Source of the DNA: a virus
Taxonomy: Duplodnaviria > Heunggongvirae > Uroviricota > Caudoviricetes
Virus record (IMG/VR): IMGVR_UViG_3300038492_000258
Coordinates: 44,995 to 108,994 of that record
Reading direction: 5' to 3' (one strand)
DNA: 64,000 bases
Shown piece after piece: positions 63,534 through 64,000 of the stretch. Under the pieces are notes generated by a model. The model searched no databases. It was not told where the DNA came from and was given only the letters and a program-made list of their open reading frames with translations. Each line of letters starts with the position of its first letter. Position 1 is the first letter of the stretch. Made by a program: the position numbers and the translations under genes.

Positions 63534-63745
63534 AGTATTTGTTTTCTGTCTGTAATCCAGACGTTGGTAAAATCTTCCTCGTGCGTATTGGGATCTTTTT
63601 CTGTCACTGCATAATATTCCCAGTGTACGGATTTGTCCCACAAGGCGAGACAAGCCCGAAAGACTTGCTCGCTTTGGAAATATGTTTCTACTGTGCCAGT
63701 ACCGCCATACTTAAGCGATACCCACCGGTAGAGAAACTTTTTCAC
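63524..63745 (-). CDS. Hypothetical protein (73 aa)
   Basis: ORF track; ATGA coupling. Confidence 0.6.
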   Translation of the reverse strand: MKKFLYRWVSLKYGGTGTVETYFQSEQVFRACLALWDKSVHWEYYAVTEKDPNTHEEDFTNVWITDRKQILCT

Positions 63746-63939
63746 CCGCAGACCCGGTAACGCTTTCCGTTAATGTGCAATTGGTAAATAGATTCCTTCG
63801 GGATAACCCGGAATTGGGTTCGCTTGGTACGATTTCCGTTCAAAACCGTTTCGTGAACCCCAAGCAAATCCCGCTCGCTTGCGTCATAGGGTCGCCCGAC
63901 TCCTTCGACACCCTTACGGACGCCAATACGGCAGGTCAT
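63742..63939 (-). CDS. Hypothetical protein (65 aa)
   Basis: ORF track. Confidence 0.55.
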   Translation of the reverse strand: MTCRIGVRKGVEGVGRPYDASERDLLGVHETVLNGNRTKRTQFRVIPKESIYQLHINGKRYRVCG

Positions 63940-64000
63940 CCGCCGATGCTGGCCGTTCTGTCGCTTGACAAAGAAAACGGTAAAGTAGCGGCTCCCGTGC

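Noticed and set aside
1-64000. Stop-codon reassignment (alternative genetic code), tRNA genes, canonical holin/endolysin
   Set aside because: Standard code gives dense, coupled ORFs with genuine TAG/TGA/TAA stops; no tRNA cloverleaf or recognisable lysin motif was found by eye

Overview
64-kb segment of a large tailed dsDNA phage (Caudoviricetes), most likely a long-tailed siphovirus: it has a 1697-aa tape measure and a tail tube, and no sheath gene was recognised. No rRNA, tRNA, CRISPR or integrase was seen. There are three blocks. (1) 1-40.9 kb, minus strand: late/morphogenesis operons, right to left: sigma-like factor, probable TerS, glycosyltransferase/GroES/sulfotransferase cluster, ERCC4 nuclease, TerL, portal, protease-scaffold, cement, major capsid, neck, tail tube, chaperones, tape measure, tail tip, a 1670-aa LamG/PKD adhesin, and a >1039-aa tail protein running off the left edge that the ORF track omits. 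These operons are punctuated by a recurring TTTAG(T/A)GTA motif, a candidate late promoter. (2) 41.0-54.0 kb, plus strand: accessory genes (metzincin lipoprotein, IscA, dCMP deaminase, cupin, SLOG/YspA, nucleotidyltransferase, permuted papain amidase, phosphoesterase) and two unusual arrays of small ORFs. The first is eight consecutive ORFs that each end in KG[RKQ]RWI, whose codons also spell a (A/G/T)TG-GAT start in another frame. The second is eight ~60-75-aa paralogues sharing a W-x-A-[IV] helix motif. (3) 54.1-64 kb, minus strand: densely packed small early-type genes driven by near-consensus sigma70 promoters that are mostly leaderless and often carry an inverted repeat in the -35/-10 spacer. 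All family assignments come from reading motifs by eye; no database search was run. The host is unknown.
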